The notes beneath the pieces are model-generated. The model worked only from the letters and a program-made list of their open reading frames with translations, was not told the DNA's origin and did no database searches. Both the position numbers and the translations under genes were made by a program. A stretch of DNA of 64,000 nt. Origin: a virus (taxonomy: Duplodnaviria > Caudoviricetes). Positions within the stretch are counted from its first letter, which is position 1; each line of letters opens with the position of its first letter. Where the stretch lies: the IMG/VR virus record IMGVR_UViG_3300022601_000013; one strand, given 5' to 3'. This document shows positions 61,931-64,000 of the stretch, piece after piece.

Positions 61931-62905
61931 TTATAGCATAGAATCGAGTATATTTGCAGCTTTTGTTTTGTTTTCATCGTAAGCTTTTGTATATCTTTGT
62001 GTAGTTGTAACATTTTCATGTCCAAGTATTGAAGCTATAGTAAGAATATCAACTCCCGCACCATATAAGTTCATAGCAGCAGAGCTTCTTAATTTGTGTG
62101 GTGTTATTTTTTTAGGAAGATGGTCTGTATATTTTTTTACTAAGTGTTCAACGCTGTCAACCGAAATTCTTTGTAATCTACTACTATAAAACAACGGGCC
62201 AGTCTCATCTCCATTATAATACAGTTCTCTATCTTTTAGCCATACTAATATTAAATTTTTAAGCTTTTCTGCAAATTTTACTTCTTTAGTCTTTCTTCCT
62301 TTTTCTACAACTTTAATTGTGTTTGCTACGAAATTAATATCTTCCACATTTATATTTACTATTGCGGACACTCGCAACCCTGTACCAAGTCCAAGTGCAA
62401 CAATACACATATCTCTGTTTTTGTATTTTTTAGTTGCTTCTGATGATATTCTTTCAAACACAGATTCCACTTCTTTTTGATCCATATATGTTATTTCGTG
62501 AGACGTTCTGATTCTTGGTCTTTCTGTTAATAACATTGGATTATTATCTATATATCTTTTTTGTGCTAAAAATTTAAAAAACGTATTAAGAGAAGACCAT
62601 TTTGCTGCACGAATATCATCTCCGATATTTACATCTACACCATTAATATTTTTTGTTCTTAATGATGTAATGTATCTTTCTATATCTACGTCTCTTACCT
62701 TTTTATAAAAATGATTATCTTTCTTGCCTTTTGTAAAAAATGTCATAAACTCTACAACATGATTTATATAATTTCTCATAGTTGTATAAGTTTTATCCCT
62801 TGCGTCCATCCAGTAATAAAAATCTGAAATTACTTCTGGAAGCCCAGCAAGCCTTTTTAACATTTTGTCTTTTGCATTATTTTCTTTTTCTATACGACCA
62901 CTCAT
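61931..62905 (-). CDS. tyrosine recombinase with intact catalytic residues
   Basis: GLRVSA, KG, TPHKLRSS, LGHENVTTTQRY. Confidence 0.92.
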   Translation of the reverse strand: MSGRIEKENNAKDKMLKRLAGLPEVISDFYYWMDARDKTYTTMRNYINHVVEFMTFFTKGKKDNHFYKKVRDVDIERYITSLRTKNINGVDVNIGDDIRAAKWSSLNTFFKFLAQKRYIDNNPMLLTERPRIRTSHEITYMDQKEVESVFERISSEATKKYKNRDMCIVALGLGTGLRVSAIVNINVEDINFVANTIKVVEKGRKTKEVKFAEKLKNLILVWLKDRELYYNGDETGPLFYSSRLQRISVDSVEHLVKKYTDHLPKKITPHKLRSSAAMNLYGAGVDILTIASILGHENVTTTQRYTKAYDENKTKAANILDSML

Positions 62906-63086
62906 AATAGCCTCCTTAATTATTTAATTCTATAATAATCTTCTCGTGGAAGGTGTAACATTAATTCATTTACTGTGCTATATTTATTGCAATAATATCC
63001 TGTCTCCGATAAAATAAAATTCCTTAATGCTTCTTTGTTGCTAAATTTATACATTTCTAATGTAGCCATTTTAAAAATTTTAATAA

Positions 63087-63620
63087 TCATTTATTTATAA
63101 AGTCACTCCTCCATGCATTAAATATCAAAAGTTCAATAACCCATAAAACAGGAAATCCCTTGATTACCATAGATGCAATCATAATTATGATTAAAATTCC
63201 CCATGCCCTCATCATGCCAGGAATTTTCCAATCTTTTTGCATACATCGAAATTCTGGTGTGTTTACGTCATATACAACATCTCTAATATATTCTTCTATA
63301 GCGTAATCAAGCTCTGATGGGCAAATAAAAATGTCTGGATTGCCTTTATAAAATTTGTTCATTTCACTAAAATTATTATTAAACGTTCTGTTTTTAATTG
63401 GGTTTAAACATTTGTAAAACACATAACAAAATTCACCATCAGCATTATAAATATGACTAAACTCAGCATAATCATAAATATTTTCTCCACGAGTTTTACG
63501 ACTCTCAATGTATTTCTGACTTAACTTTACAACTGTTCCTTTTGCATGTATTTTTGTCATTCCACTATTAGGCTCATAAAAATATTCACCATATTTAAGC
63601 CCGTAATCTGTAGGTGTCAT
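63087..63620 (-). CDS. hypothetical protein with C-terminal membrane hairpin
   Basis: Hydrophobic C-terminus. Confidence 0.6.
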   Translation of the reverse strand: MTPTDYGLKYGEYFYEPNSGMTKIHAKGTVVKLSQKYIESRKTRGENIYDYAEFSHIYNADGEFCYVFYKCLNPIKNRTFNNNFSEMNKFYKGNPDIFICPSELDYAIEEYIRDVVYDVNTPEFRCMQKDWKIPGMMRAWGILIIIMIASMVIKGFPVLWVIELLIFNAWRSDFINK

Positions 63621-63869
63621 TTATGCATACACCCCTTTTTCAACAATTGCATCAATATTTTGCTTTCTCGCTTTTCTTTTTTCTTTTGTTTTTTCTCTCT
63701 GTTTCCACCAATTGTGCTCCTCATTTTTTTGTAAATGAAAACACTCCTTTTTTAAACAGTCGTGCTGTCTTAACTGTTTTACTGTAAGAAAACACAAATG
63801 GTGACGGCAGTATCCACAAGCTTTGTTTTCTTCAAATTCACTTCCATATAATCCTTTTACTATTTTCAT
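63621..63869 (-). CDS. small Cys/His-rich basic protein
   Basis: CGYCRHH...HDCLKKECFH; first gene after the promoter. Confidence 0.6.
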   Translation of the reverse strand: MKIVKGLYGSEFEENKACGYCRHHLCFLTVKQLRQHDCLKKECFHLQKNEEHNWWKQREKTKEKRKARKQNIDAIVEKGVYA

Positions 63870-63902
63870 TTTTTATATTTCATCCTTTCTACCATATGGT
63901 TC

Positions 63903-63931
63903 ATTATATCATATTAATTTTGTATTGTCAA
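63903..63931 (-). promoter_or_regulatory. sigmaA promoter with conserved box
   Basis: TTGACA-ATACAAAATTAATATGA-TATAAT. Confidence 0.85.
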
Positions 63932-64000
63932 TAGTTAATTTCTATTATTATGAAACTTTTTTCAATCTCTTTTCAAATGACTTTCTGTAAGGTTCAAATG

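Noticed and set aside
22287-63931. Repeated 15-29 bp motif as a CRISPR array
   Set aside because: Copies are kilobases apart and coincide with promoters; no regular spacers and no cas genes
1-64000. Stop-codon reassignment
   Set aside because: Long genes are intact under code 11, TAA/TAG/TGA all terminate genes, and no suppressor tRNA is seen

Overview
AT-rich 64 kb segment of a large temperate siphovirus of Bacillota, probably with an anaerobic clostridial-type host. Its organisation is SPbeta-like. The + strand (1-19.9 kb) carries a 5'-truncated giant tape measure gene (>4000 aa), distal tail and tail tip genes, and a tubR-tubZ type III partition pair. The - strand (20-64 kb) carries a large serine recombinase; nucleotide metabolism genes (dUTPase, nrdD/nrdG, redoxin, FTR-like, Gmk, ThyX); a replisome (DnaE, RecJ, primase, DnaB, AAA ATPase, SSB-like, ATP ligase); NadR-PnuC; many small accessory ORFs; and one intact plus one degenerate tyrosine recombinase. 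The most unusual part is an RNA island at 39.7-43.4 kb. It contains tRNA-Leu(UAA) split by an IC3-type group I intron with an HNH ORF in the P1 loop, tRNA-Lys(UUU), tRNA-Ser(GCU), and a tRNA-Gln(UUG) with a long variable arm. It also holds a ~450 nt pseudoknotted ncRNA candidate and a 425 nt ncRNA candidate with a phased 7-nt repeat array directly behind a 217 aa helical protein. A 15 bp box lies inside seven consensus sigmaA promoters and at about seven other sites, which suggests one repressor regulon. All calls were made by eye from motifs and base pairing; no searches were run.
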